Positions 29,285-39,119 of a stretch of DNA of 64,000 bases are shown one piece after another. Source of the stretch: an uncultured delta proteobacterium. Lineage in GTDB: Bacteria; Desulfobacterota; Binatia; Binatales; Binataceae. The notes beneath the pieces were generated by a model. The model saw only the letters and a program-made list of their open reading frames with translations. It made no database searches and was not told the origin of the DNA. The stretch covers positions 320,001-384,000 of the forward strand of contig CAVXXK010000001.1 of NCBI GenBank assembly GCA_963765675.1. Direction: 5' to 3'. The first letter of the stretch is position 1; every line of letters starts with the position of its first letter. The position numbers were made by a program, and so were the translations under genes.

Positions 29285-29375
29285 CCGCAAAGGTTTTTCG
29301 CTCGACTTTGTCCGCTGCGAAGCGTCGCTTGAGAATGCGCAAACTGCGCAGGAGGTTTTCTGCGCCGCCGACCGG

Positions 29376-30395
29376 CTAGGCCGGCTCTGCCGTAGGATCG
29401 CTTTGGCGAATCGCGGTCAGCTCTCGCGACGCGCGCGGCACGAAGAACAATCCGATCACCGCATTGCAGAACATGTAGGTGAACTGAGCCACTAGGCTGT
29501 ATGCGACCAGCTTTGCCGGCGACGCGCTGCCTGCGAAGAACAATAGCCACGCCGCCTGGCTGGTTCCCAGATGCGCGACCGAGATCGGCAGCGCGCCCGC
29601 CAGGAACACCAGCGGCAGAAATAGAATCAGCCGCAGAACCGGAATCGATACGCCATAGATCGCCAGCGCGAAGTAGTGCGCGACCGCTGACGCAAGAAAC
29701 GTCGGCGCCTTGATCGCGAGCACCGCCGCATAATCGAGCGGACGCGCCGCGATGAACGTCTGCGCGATCGCGCCGGCGCGTCCTTGCTCGACCCAATCGC
29801 GAATACGCGGGCTGCGCCGCACAATCGCAAAAAAAATCATCACGCCAAAGAGCAGCGTCCACGCGAGCAGATAGACGATGCGCAGGATTCCGATGATCCG
29901 CGCCTGCGTCGCTCCGACTGGCGTATAGAACAACACTCCGACCGTCGAGAACAGGAACAATTGGTAGATCTCGAGCATCGCGATGAACAGGATCGAGCTG
30001 AGCGCGGAAAGAAAGGAAAAGCCGCCCTTGCGATGCAGGTAGTACGCGACCCCGCCCTGCGCGAGGCCGGTGTTCAGCATCGCGAGCACGTACATGCTCG
30101 CGCGAATCGGCAGGATATCGCGCCAGCGCATCGGCGCGTTGAACCGCCGCACCACCCACGCGAGGCAATAGGAATCGATGATGCAGTAGAAGATCGAGTA
30201 GGGCAGAAAAATCGCGACGAACTTCGCAATCGGGACCTGGCGCAAATCGGCGGCGACCTTTGACGCCGAGATTCGCCAGAAGATCAGCACGAAGATGATG
30301 ACCGTGCCGGCGTAGGGAATCGCCTTGCGCCACAGCGGCGCGCCCGCTTTCGCTGCCGGCTGCTCGCGACGCTGCGATGCGCCGGGCGCGGTCAT
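29376..30395 (-). CDS. Lysylphosphatidylglycerol synthase TM / flippase-like membrane protein
   Basis: Multiple TM helices, LPISVAHLG motif; coupled to the upstream MaoC gene. Confidence 0.7.
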   Translation of the reverse strand: MTAPGASQRREQPAAKAGAPLWRKAIPYAGTVIIFVLIFWRISASKVAADLRQVPIAKFVAIFLPYSIFYCIIDSYCLAWVVRRFNAPMRWRDILPIRASMYVLAMLNTGLAQGGVAYYLHRKGGFSFLSALSSILFIAMLEIYQLFLFSTVGVLFYTPVGATQARIIGILRIVYLLAWTLLFGVMIFFAIVRRSPRIRDWVEQGRAGAIAQTFIAARPLDYAAVLAIKAPTFLASAVAHYFALAIYGVSIPVLRLILFLPLVFLAGALPISVAHLGTSQAAWLLFFAGSASPAKLVAYSLVAQFTYMFCNAVIGLFFVPRASRELTAIRQSDPTAEPA

Positions 30396-30820
30396 CGCGA
30401 GATGAGCGGCGCCCGCGCGGTGCCGGTCAGAACCGCCTCACCGCGTTGATTTTCGACCCGCATCGATAGCTCCGCGAATCCGTTCGCGATCCGCTCGATC
30501 TTCGCGCGCGCCGCCAGCGTGTCGCCGTAGAGCACCGGCTTGATGAGTGCAGCCTCGAAGCGGCCGCCGCGGTAGAAATCCTCGCCGAAGCGATCGGCGA
30601 TCAATTGCATCATCACCGCGATCGTCTGCTCGCCCGCAGCAATCGGCTTAGCGAATCCCGCCGCGGCTGCCGCCTGCGGATCGCTATGGATATTCTTGGT
30701 GCGCCTGCGCGCAGGCTCCTTGACGCTCGCGCCGTAGGCCTCGGCGGCTGCGTCGTCGAGCAGGTACGGCGCGGCGGCAATCACCTCGCCTTCGCTTGGA
30801 TGCCGATGTTCTTCGCTCAT
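30392..30820 (-). CDS. MaoC-family hotdog-fold protein
   Basis: NIHSD..A..AGF..PIA.G, KPVLYGDTL, VENQRGEAVLTGTA. Confidence 0.8.
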   Translation of the reverse strand: MSEEHRHPSEGEVIAAAPYLLDDAAAEAYGASVKEPARRRTKNIHSDPQAAAAAGFAKPIAAGEQTIAVMMQLIADRFGEDFYRGGRFEAALIKPVLYGDTLAARAKIERIANGFAELSMRVENQRGEAVLTGTARAPLISR

Positions 30821-31263
30821 GCCATCCGTCCTTTTTCGTTGAGCAGCACCGAGGTTATCGCTTGCCGCGTCAGCAGCTCGCCGGTGGCGGCGTCGCGGGT
30901 TTCGTATTCGAGGGTGAAATAAAACTTGCCGCGCTTGTGCGCCGCGTCGGTGATCACGCCATCGACGCGCACCGCCTGCCCCGCGCGCATCGGCGCATGA
31001 TACTCGCACCAATGTTTCGCGTGCACTCCCCCTTTGCCGCCCTTGAAATGTTTCGTGATGAGTAGCGCGTAATCGAGCAGGCGCATCGTTGGCGGAGCGA
31101 TCGCGTTCTCTCCGGCATGCAGCAGATTCCTGCTGCCGATCGCGCGTGTGAACGCGCCGATCTGCTCGGCCGAGACGATGTAGAAGATCGGACCGAGCCG
31201 CATCCCTTCGCGGACGTTCTCCGCGCGCATCTCGAGCCGGGCTTCGCCGTCGTCTGCGCTCAT
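30817..31263 (-). CDS. MaoC-family (N-terminal half type) hotdog-fold protein
   Basis: IAPPT, GVHAKH.CEYHAPMRAGQ, KRGK pattern. Confidence 0.75.
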   Translation of the reverse strand: MSADDGEARLEMRAENVREGMRLGPIFYIVSAEQIGAFTRAIGSRNLLHAGENAIAPPTMRLLDYALLITKHFKGGKGGVHAKHWCEYHAPMRAGQAVRVDGVITDAAHKRGKFYFTLEYETRDAATGELLTRQAITSVLLNEKGRMA

Positions 31264-31321
31264 CTTGTTGATCCTCTGATTTGATCCCGGAACGCGGTCA
31301 TGGCAGATTCTGCGCACTCCG

Positions 31322-31990
31322 ATGCCGTATTCAACCGTACCATATGCGCGCGCCGCGCGGATGCATCTCGCGCGCGTCGATCCGGTGATGGCGGCGATTA
31401 TCGCCAAGGTCGGCGCGTGCCAGATCGTGCAGCGCCGCGAGCGCTTTCGGGCGCTCGCCCGCGCGATCATTTTTCAACAACTCGCCGGAGCCGCCGCCAC
31501 CGCGATCTACGGCCGGGTGGTTGGACTCTATCCGGGCCGCGCGTTTCCGCATCCTACCCAGATTCTCGCCACTCCCGACGCGATTCTGCGCAAGGCTGGA
31601 CTCTCGGCCAAGAAGGCGCTCTACATCAAGGACCTCGCGACGCACGTCGAAAAAAAGATTCTCAACTTTCATCGCTTCGCGCGCATGACCGATGAGGAAG
31701 TCATCGCCGACCTGACGCGCGTAAAAGGGATCGGGCGATGGACCGCCGAGATGTTCCTGATGTTCAATCTCGCGCGCCCCGATGTTCTGCCTGTAGACGA
31801 CCTGGGCGTGCGCAACGCCGTCGGACGCGCGTACTCGATGCGCAAGCCGCCGACGCCGAAAGAGTTGCGCGTCTTCGGACAGCGATGGAGCCCCTACCGG
31901 ACCGCGGCCGCATGGTACCTGTGGAAAAGCCTCGAGATCAAAACGCCCGGCACTGTGGATAGAAAGCCCGCGCCGCGCCAGCACCGCTAG
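31322..31990 (+). CDS. alkA: DNA-3-methyladenine glycosylase II (AlkA-type HhH-GPD)
   Basis: IIFQQL, GLSAKKA, VKGIGRWTAEM, LPVDDLG, WSPYRT. Confidence 0.88.
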   Translation: MPYSTVPYARAARMHLARVDPVMAAIIAKVGACQIVQRRERFRALARAIIFQQLAGAAATAIYGRVVGLYPGRAFPHPTQILATPDAILRKAGLSAKKALYIKDLATHVEKKILNFHRFARMTDEEVIADLTRVKGIGRWTAEMFLMFNLARPDVLPVDDLGVRNAVGRAYSMRKPPTPKELRVFGQRWSPYRTAAAWYLWKSLEIKTPGTVDRKPAPRQHR

Positions 31991-32070
31991 AGCTCGCGTA
32001 CGATCAAACTGACTTGCCATCAAAGCCGTGACGGTCGACACTGCCGCGCGAAATTTAGTAATCGATCGGC

Positions 32071-32919
32071 ATGCGCGTTCAAGTTGGCGACGGCAGGTTG
32101 TTCTTCGACGTCGAGGGCGCATCGCTGGTCCCCGACGGTCCGCGGATGCGCGAGCGTCCGACCCTCCTGATGCTCCACGGCGGTCCCGGCGCCGACCACT
32201 CGGTCTTCAAGCCCGACTTCTCGCCGCTGGCCGATATTGCTCAGGTGATCTACCTGGATCATCGCAGCGCCGGCCGCAGCGACCGCACCGGTCGCGATCG
32301 CTGGACGCTCGATCACTGGGGCGACGACGTTTACGCCTTCTGCGAGGCGCTAGAAATCAAGCGGCCAATCGTGATGGGCACGTCGTTCGGCGGGATGGTC
32401 GCGATGGCCTATGCGACGCGCCATCCAGATCATCCCGCCAAGCTCATCCTGTGCAGCACGGCAGCGCGGGTCGATCTAGCGCGCGTCTTCGCCGCCTTCG
32501 AGCGCCGGGGAGGACGCGAGGCGGCGGAGGCGGCTCTGCGATTCTTCCGGGATCCGTCGGTGAAAAATTCGCCCGACTATCTCCGGCTCTGCATGCCGCT
32601 CTATAGCTACCATCCCGATCCGCACCTGATGGAGATGTTCGCGCGGATGGCCGGGAACATGGAGCTGAATGAGCATTACCTGCGCGTGATCGAGACCTCG
32701 TTTAATCTCTTGCCGGATCTGCCACGCGTCAAATGCCCGACGCTGGTGCTGGCGGGCGACGAGGATCCCGTCACTCCGCCCGCCGACTCCGAGGATATCG
32801 CCGCCACGCTGCCGCCCGAACTCGCGCGCCTGGTGCGCTTCGCCAGGGCGGGCCACGGAATCGTCACCGACGACCGCGCGCGCTTCATGAATACGCTACG
32901 CGAATTCATTTTGTCATGA
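32071..32919 (+). CDS. Alpha/beta hydrolase (proline iminopeptidase-like)
   Basis: HGGPG, GTSFGG nucleophile elbow, GDEDP, AGH. Confidence 0.88.
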   Translation: MRVQVGDGRLFFDVEGASLVPDGPRMRERPTLLMLHGGPGADHSVFKPDFSPLADIAQVIYLDHRSAGRSDRTGRDRWTLDHWGDDVYAFCEALEIKRPIVMGTSFGGMVAMAYATRHPDHPAKLILCSTAARVDLARVFAAFERRGGREAAEAALRFFRDPSVKNSPDYLRLCMPLYSYHPDPHLMEMFARMAGNMELNEHYLRVIETSFNLLPDLPRVKCPTLVLAGDEDPVTPPADSEDIAATLPPELARLVRFARAGHGIVTDDRARFMNTLREFILS

Positions 32920-33947
32920 ACCCAAATCGAGCTCAGGTAATCGAGAGACTACTGAGTAGCGACGAGCCGTCGATTCGCTGGAAGGTGATGGTCGGCGTGC
33001 TCGGCGAACATCCTGAGTCGCGGAAAATCAGAGACCTCCGGCAGGAGATTCGCAACTCGCCGCGAGTGAAGGCATTGCTCGCCGGCCGCGACCAGAACTT
33101 CGTGCGCGAGGCTAAAGTATATTCCAAATATCAAGGGTCGCATTGGACGCTGGCAGCGCTGGCGGATATCGGATATCCGGAGGGCGATGAGTCGCTGCTG
33201 CCGATGCGGGATCAGGTCCTTAATCACTGGCTCGGCAAACCTTTCTACCTTGAGTTCGAGTCCAAGAGCAGCGTTCCGAAATCCAGAAGCGCCGAAGGCG
33301 TTCCAAAGATCCAGGGCCGCTATCGGCGATGCGCCTCCCAGCAAGGCAACGCGTTGCTTTCCGTTACCAGGCTGGGAATTGGCGACGGCCGAAGCGAGCG
33401 CCTGGCCGAGCGTCTGCTGCATTGGCAATGGCCTGACGGCGGATGGAACTGCGATCGGAATCCGTCCGCCGATACTTCGTCGTTCATGGAGAGCTTGCTC
33501 CCGATGCGCGCGCTCACGGCCTACGCGGACGCGAGCGGCGACGATGCGGCGCGCGCGGCGGCATTGAAAGCGTCCGAGGTTTTCCTGTCGCGGCGGCTGT
33601 TCAGAAGGCGCTCCGATGGAAAAATCATCCGCCCGAATTTTCTGATGCAGCATTACCCGTTGTTCTGGCATTACGAAGTCCTGGGTGCGCTCAAGGCGAT
33701 GGCGGAAATCGGACTCATCAATGATCCGCGCTGCGGAGAAGCGTTGGATATCCTCGAGCGAAAGGAGTTGCCCGCCGGCGGTTGGGCCGCCGAAGGACGG
33801 CATTACAAGGTGACGCCAAAGCTCGACACCAGCGAGGGGTTCGGATCCGACTCGCTGGTCGATTGGGGCGGTGTCGGAAAGCGCCGAATGAACGAATGGG
33901 TTACAGCCGACGCGCTTTACGTCCTGCACGCCGCCGGCCGCGTCTAG
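32916..33947 (+). CDS. Conserved hypothetical protein, prenyltransferase/squalene-oxidase-repeat-like
   Basis: QWPDGGWNC repeat-like motif, YPLFWHY, NEWVT..AL.VL; ATGA overlap with the upstream gene. Confidence 0.65.
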   Translation: MNPNRAQVIERLLSSDEPSIRWKVMVGVLGEHPESRKIRDLRQEIRNSPRVKALLAGRDQNFVREAKVYSKYQGSHWTLAALADIGYPEGDESLLPMRDQVLNHWLGKPFYLEFESKSSVPKSRSAEGVPKIQGRYRRCASQQGNALLSVTRLGIGDGRSERLAERLLHWQWPDGGWNCDRNPSADTSSFMESLLPMRALTAYADASGDDAARAAALKASEVFLSRRLFRRRSDGKIIRPNFLMQHYPLFWHYEVLGALKAMAEIGLINDPRCGEALDILERKELPAGGWAAEGRHYKVTPKLDTSEGFGSDSLVDWGGVGKRRMNEWVTADALYVLHAAGRV

Positions 33948-34042
33948 CCGCGTTTAGCAATGACCGTCGGGACGCTGGTCCTACTATTCAGCAGGGCAGA
34001 CGCACGGCAGGATGCTACAATCCCGCGCCGGAGGCCTTCATC

Positions 34043-35026
34043 ATGCGACCTGTGAAATTCAATTGCGGACTGCCGACCACCGACTTCGCGGCGATGACCG
34101 CGATGGCGCGCCGGGCCGAGGAGCTCGGTTTCTTCTCAGTCTCGATCGACGATCACTTCTTCATGCGCGGTCTGATGTCCGAGCCCAACGCTCCCCATCT
34201 CGAATGCTACACGGCGCTGGCCGCGGTCGCCGCCGTGACCAAAACCGTCAAGCTCGCGCCGATGGTCACCTCGATGTCGTACCGCAACCCGGCGCTGCTG
34301 GCGAAGATGATCGCGACGCTCGACAATATCTCGGGCGGCCGCTTTATCGCGGGCCTCGGGGCAGGATGGTTCAAAGAGGAATACATCGCCTACAACTATC
34401 CCTACCCGTCCAACGCCGAGCGGATCGAGCAGTTCGCCGACGGGATCAAGGTTCTGAAGTCGATGTGGACCGAGGACGAGCCGAGCTATCACGGCCGCTT
34501 TCATTCGGTCGAAAAGGCCTACTGCTTTCCACGCCCGATCCAGAAACCTTATCCGCCGATCATGATTGGCGGCGGCGGCAAGAAGATTCTCAAAATCGCC
34601 GCCGAAGAGGCTGACATCCTGAACCTCAATCCGCCCATCACCAAGGGCGTGGTCGATATCGGCGACGCGATGAAGTTCGATCGCGCCGAGGTTCAGCGCC
34701 GCATCGGTATCCTCGACGATTTCGCGCGCGCCGCGGGCCGCAAAGCCGACGCGATCGAGATGTCGGGGCAGACTTTCGTGCTGATCGCGAAAGAAAAGAG
34801 CGTCGCGGACGCGATGATCAAAGCGACCGCGCAAGCGATGGGTATCGCCGACCCGGAGCTCGCGCGAACCTCGCCGCAGGTGCTGGTCGGCACCGTGGAC
34901 GAAATCAAACGGGAACTGGATTTCCGGATAGAAAAATTCCGGATGACCTATTTCGTCTGCCAGTTCATGGCCCCGGAAGGCGCCGAACTATTCGCCAAAG
35001 AGGTAATGCCAAAGTATCGGCGATAA
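34043..35026 (+). CDS. LLM-class flavin/F420-dependent oxidoreductase
   Basis: AEELGF..DH, YRNPALLAK..TLD.ISGGR..GLGAGW, PIMIGG; TGcTACAAT and GGAGG upstream. Confidence 0.9.
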   Translation: MRPVKFNCGLPTTDFAAMTAMARRAEELGFFSVSIDDHFFMRGLMSEPNAPHLECYTALAAVAAVTKTVKLAPMVTSMSYRNPALLAKMIATLDNISGGRFIAGLGAGWFKEEYIAYNYPYPSNAERIEQFADGIKVLKSMWTEDEPSYHGRFHSVEKAYCFPRPIQKPYPPIMIGGGGKKILKIAAEEADILNLNPPITKGVVDIGDAMKFDRAEVQRRIGILDDFARAAGRKADAIEMSGQTFVLIAKEKSVADAMIKATAQAMGIADPELARTSPQVLVGTVDEIKRELDFRIEKFRMTYFVCQFMAPEGAELFAKEVMPKYRR

Positions 35027-35063
35027 GATCATCATTAGTATTCGGCTGAAGGATTCGTCTGAA

Positions 35064-35232
35064 ATACCCTCTCCCCCCGGAGAGGGCGGCGCAGCGCGAT
35101 GCTTGCGATTCTTTTTTCGCAAGCATCGTGACACGCGGGTGAGGGTGCTGCTCTGCGTCTTTATAATCGCGCGTCGCTTCGCGCCGCGCTGAATAATGTC
35201 CCTCACCTGACCGCTCCCTTTCAGGGCGAGGA
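35064..35232. repeat. Uninterrupted copy of the composite REP-like element
   Basis: Colinear with 24222-24870 once the two insertions are removed; lies between convergent genes. Confidence 0.85.
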
Positions 35233-35258
35233 CAGACGGCGGGCGAGGAAGCCGCATG

Positions 35259-35981
35259 CTATTCAGCGAGCATCGGATTGGGCTTTGGATAGCCTAGCTC
35301 CGCGAGCTTCGCGTCGATCACCTCGAGGTCTTTGCTCATCGTCGTGTCGCGCGAGGATGATGCGTGCTCCGCTACATTCTCGATGCTGCGGCGAATCTCG
35401 CGCAGCGCGGCGCTCTCGCCCGCCGTCATCTGCACAATCGCGATAAAGCATAGCCACGGAATAACCACCGCCGCGACAACGGTCACGATAATCATCGTGC
35501 GCGCGCGCGCCTCGGATCGATCGGCGATCGAGAGCATCGCGGCGTCGTCGGCGGAGATCAGGTCGGAGACCAAGCCCTGCAAGTCACGCAGACGCGGCTC
35601 GAAGCTGTCGTCACCCGACGGCGCGGCGCGCATCGCGTCGAAAATCGGATTCGCCGTCTCCGCGATCTTCTCGATCGCGTCGTGCTGCGCCTCGGTGCTC
35701 GCACGCGAGCGCGCCACCTCGACCCAACCGACGAATCCGCGCTGTTGATCCCGAACAATCTGCGATGCTTCGGGCTGCGTGCGCGCCCAATCCATCTTGT
35801 ACAGTGCGTTTTCCATCCCACGCGCGGCCTCGAGCGCCGTGTATTGGTTTTCGTGCATCAACGCCGGCATCGCGCCGAATCCATAGAAGCCCAGTGCCAG
35901 GATCGGAGTCGCGATGAGCAGGATTATCGGCGCGATTACCGCGACGAATCGGAGCTTGGTGATGATCGTAATTCGGGCCAT
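35259..35981 (-). CDS. Two-TM membrane protein with a periplasmic helical (four-helix sensor-like) domain
   Basis: TM - helical domain - TM - short cytoplasmic tail; no kinase or MCP signalling motifs. Confidence 0.65.
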   Translation of the reverse strand: MARITIITKLRFVAVIAPIILLIATPILALGFYGFGAMPALMHENQYTALEAARGMENALYKMDWARTQPEASQIVRDQQRGFVGWVEVARSRASTEAQHDAIEKIAETANPIFDAMRAAPSGDDSFEPRLRDLQGLVSDLISADDAAMLSIADRSEARARTMIIVTVVAAVVIPWLCFIAIVQMTAGESAALREIRRSIENVAEHASSSRDTTMSKDLEVIDAKLAELGYPKPNPMLAE

Positions 35982-36097
35982 CGTCAGTACCGTTCTCAGA
36001 AGGTTGCGTGCAAACAAAGATGCGCGTGCGGCGCAGCCAAATGCAACGCCCGCCCGATATGATGCGTCCGGCGCGCGTTCGTGCAATGATCGCCGCG

Positions 36098-36967
36098 ATG
36101 AATTTCGCCGATCGCCTGGCCAACGCCGTGCGCCAGAAAAATTCCTGCGCGATCCTGGGCGTCGATCCACAGCTCGATACCAAAGACTCTTCCGGCGTGC
36201 CGAAATCGCACACGCTCGCGCGCTTCTGCTGCGAAATCGTCGAGGCCTGCGCATCGCATATCTGCGCGGTCAAGCCGCAACTCGCTTTCTATGAAGCGCG
36301 CGGGATCGACGGGATGCGCGCGTTCGTCGAGGTGGTGCGCACCGCGCGGCGGCTCGGCCTAATCGTGATCGCGGACGCCAAGCGCGGCGATATCGGATCG
36401 ACCTCGGCCGCATACGCGCAGGCGTTTCTGGGCGATGGCGATTTCGGATGCGACGCCGTCACCGTCAATCCTTATCAGGGCGCCGACTCGACGATGCCGT
36501 TTATCGCGAGAGTTCCGGCCGGCCGCGGCGTGTTCGTGCTGGTCAGGACTTCGAATCCGTCGTCGGGGGAATTTCAGGATATCGCCGCCGACGGCCGTGC
36601 GATGTGGGAGCACGTCGCCGCGCGGGTCCACGGATGGGGCAGCGACTATCTCGGCGAATCAGGATTGAGTCCGGTCGGCGCTGTTCTGGGCGCTACCTTT
36701 CCCGATGAAGCCCGCCGCGCGCGCAAGCTGATGCCCAACGCGTTCATCCTGGTCCCCGGCTACGGCGCGCAAGGCGCAAGCGCGACCGATGCGATCGCGG
36801 CCGCCCGCCCCGACGGCACCGGCATTATCGTGAACGCGAGCCGCAGCCTGATGTATGCGTTCAAAAAATCGGAAGGAAAATCCCCCGCCGAAGCCGCCTC
36901 CATCGCCGCCGCCGCGATGCGCGCGGACCTCAACGCCACCCTCGCAGCGACGCACGCCCGACTCTGA
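36098..36967 (+). CDS. pyrF: Orotidine-5'-phosphate decarboxylase
   Basis: GVDP, KPQLAFYE, DAKRGDIGST, LVPGYGAQG, NASR. Confidence 0.95.
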   Translation: MNFADRLANAVRQKNSCAILGVDPQLDTKDSSGVPKSHTLARFCCEIVEACASHICAVKPQLAFYEARGIDGMRAFVEVVRTARRLGLIVIADAKRGDIGSTSAAYAQAFLGDGDFGCDAVTVNPYQGADSTMPFIARVPAGRGVFVLVRTSNPSSGEFQDIAADGRAMWEHVAARVHGWGSDYLGESGLSPVGAVLGATFPDEARRARKLMPNAFILVPGYGAQGASATDAIAAARPDGTGIIVNASRSLMYAFKKSEGKSPAEAASIAAAAMRADLNATLAATHARL

Positions 36968-36968
36968 T

Positions 36969-36997
36969 CCCTCGCCCTGAAAGGGCGAGCGATCAGA
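36969..36997. repeat. REP-like hairpin CTCGCCC-tgaaa-GGGCGAG between convergent genes
   Basis: Reverse complement of the terminal module of the 35064-35232 element. Confidence 0.6.
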
Positions 36998-37028
36998 TTA
37001 GTCTTGCCGCTGGGGTCTGAGTACGCCG

Positions 37029-37589
37029 TTACGAGCGCATCAGCTCTGCTTCGTCGGCGGCGAGAGTCGCGTAAACCTCGCGATCGATCTTGCGATAGCG
37101 ATCGAGCGAGGCGTCGGCCTGCTCTTCGGAGCCCTGCTCTTTCGCGATCTCGCGCATCTTCTTTTCGATCCACGACAGATGCCAGGTCTCGTCCTTGGTG
37201 ACCGCGGCCAGGACCTCGAGCGTCTCCGCGTCGACGTTGGGCAGCGCAGCATGCGCGTTGTAGCGGCTCTGCGCGCGCTCTTCGACCACTACAGTCAGGG
37301 CGAGCAGATCGATTATCGTCTTGGGGACGCCGGTGCGCAGACCGAGCCGCCGCTGATATCCATCATCGACCATCACCGGAGCGCCGCCCAAATCGGCAAT
37401 CCGCTTGGTCCACAGCCACGCGTGGCGAGTTTCGTCGGCCAGATGCGCCGACATCTTTAGCTGCGAATCGCCGTCTTTGAGATGAGTTATGAGATTGAAA
37501 AGGAGGCGGGCGCCTCGAAGTTCGGCATCGCGATAGAAGCTGAAGATAAGAATCTGCTTCTCGTTGGCCGACATGCTACTGAAATCCAT
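37029..37589 (-). CDS. Ferritin-like diiron-carboxylate protein
   Basis: AGGAG RBS; E..DETRH..E..DETWH ligand pattern. Confidence 0.8.
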   Translation of the reverse strand: MDFSSMSANEKQILIFSFYRDAELRGARLLFNLITHLKDGDSQLKMSAHLADETRHAWLWTKRIADLGGAPVMVDDGYQRRLGLRTGVPKTIIDLLALTVVVEERAQSRYNAHAALPNVDAETLEVLAAVTKDETWHLSWIEKKMREIAKEQGSEEQADASLDRYRKIDREVYATLAADEAELMRS

Positions 37590-37863
37590 CAGTTCTCCTG
37601 CTCCTCCGCCCTTAAACAGCCACCGGGGATAAGAATATAGGGTTTGTCCGCGCCATAGATCGATCAAGTCGGCGCGCAAAGCGGTTGCGTGAACAGTATT
37701 TCAATCGGACCGGCTGGTCAAGAAATCGGCCACAGTTTCCCAATAGTTTCGATCATTTGGCGTTAAGCGCAGCTTATTGTAAAACTACCGCGACGCGCGA
37801 ATTTGTCGCGACGAATCTGGTTGAAAAGGGGGACACGGCTTTCGACGCCGCGGCACGACGACG

Positions 37864-39057
37864 ATGCCTGCTTCGATTGATTCATTGTGGCTCGCTCTCA
37901 GACGTGTGCCGGGGGTCGGACCGCGCACCGCGCATCTGCTGCTCGAGAAGTTTGGCGCACCCGAAAAAATCTTCGCGCTCAAGGCTGACGAAATCGCCGC
38001 CGCCGGAGTCCAAAACAAAGTCGCGCGCGCGGTCGCCGATTTTCGCGACTTCGAGCCGATCGAGCGCGAACTGTGCGAGCTCCCGCGAATCGGCGCGCAC
38101 CTGGTCAGGTGGACCGACGCGGATTATCCAGCAAGGTTGCGCGAGATCGCGGACCCGCCGCCCTATCTCTTTGTCCGCGGCCAGACTCCTCCTGCTGATA
38201 CCCGATGCGTCGCCGTGGTCGGAGCGCGTGCCGCTTCGGACGCCGGCCGCCGGATGGCGCGGCGCATCGGTTTCGAGCTCGCCGCCAAGGGTTTCACCGT
38301 GGTCAGCGGCCTCGCGCGCGGAATCGACGCCGAAGCGCATCAGGGCGCGCTCGACGCGGGCGGAAAGACCATCGCGATTTTAGGATGCGGCGTTGACGTC
38401 ATCTATCCTGCCGAGCATCGCCAACTCGCCGACGCGATTATCGCAAGCGCGGGCGCTATCTTCAGCGAGCTACCGGTCGGATCCCAGCCGCTGCCCGAGA
38501 ACTTCCCGACTCGCAACCGGATCATCTCGGGGCTGTCGCTCGGTGTCGTGATCGTTGAAGCGGCCGAGAAGAGCGGTTCGCTGATCACGGCCCGGATGGC
38601 GCTGGAGCAGAATCGGCAGGTGTTCGCGGTTCCCGGCAGCCCGCTGGGCGGGAAGGCAAGCGGCAGCAACCGGCTGATCAAGCAGGGAGCTGTGCTGGTC
38701 GATTGCGTCGAGGACGTGTTGGAGGAACTGGCGCCTCAACTTGTCGAGCGCGCGGCTTCGGCATCCAGCGATACTCGCAGAACGTCGGGAAGATCGGGGT
38801 CGACGGCGCAGAAATCAGCAAAAACTACAGTATCGACGGGCATAAAATCGGTCGAGCGCATCCTGGAATCGGGCGATACTACTGTAAAAGCAGCTAAAGC
38901 GATTATATTAGAGCTTAAAGATGATACGAAACTCCATATTGACGCGCTCATAGAAGCTTCCGGACTCGACGCCCAGACTGTGCTTAGATTGTTGCTTGAG
39001 CTCGAGCTAAAGGGCATAGTCGCGCAGCATCCGGGCAAGCTTTTCTCGCTAGCCTGA
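37864..39057 (+). CDS. dprA: DNA-processing protein DprA
   Basis: YPARLREIADPP, SGLARGID, FPTRNRIISG, KSGSLITA, C-terminal winged helix. Confidence 0.95.
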   Translation: MPASIDSLWLALRRVPGVGPRTAHLLLEKFGAPEKIFALKADEIAAAGVQNKVARAVADFRDFEPIERELCELPRIGAHLVRWTDADYPARLREIADPPPYLFVRGQTPPADTRCVAVVGARAASDAGRRMARRIGFELAAKGFTVVSGLARGIDAEAHQGALDAGGKTIAILGCGVDVIYPAEHRQLADAIIASAGAIFSELPVGSQPLPENFPTRNRIISGLSLGVVIVEAAEKSGSLITARMALEQNRQVFAVPGSPLGGKASGSNRLIKQGAVLVDCVEDVLEELAPQLVERAASASSDTRRTSGRSGSTAQKSAKTTVSTGIKSVERILESGDTTVKAAKAIILELKDDTKLHIDALIEASGLDAQTVLRLLLELELKGIVAQHPGKLFSLA

Positions 39058-39119
39058 GTCGTGCAGGATGATGCGGAGGCCCTAGCTGGGCCGCGGGTGG
39101 GTTGGGAGACAGCCGAATC

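Noticed and set aside
22550-31321. Shared motif upstream of the ECF gene (gattcacggaatcgc) and alkA (gatcccggaacgc) as a common ECF promoter
   Set aside because: Spacing to the downstream similar element differs (18 vs 12 nt), and two sites are too few to define a motif.
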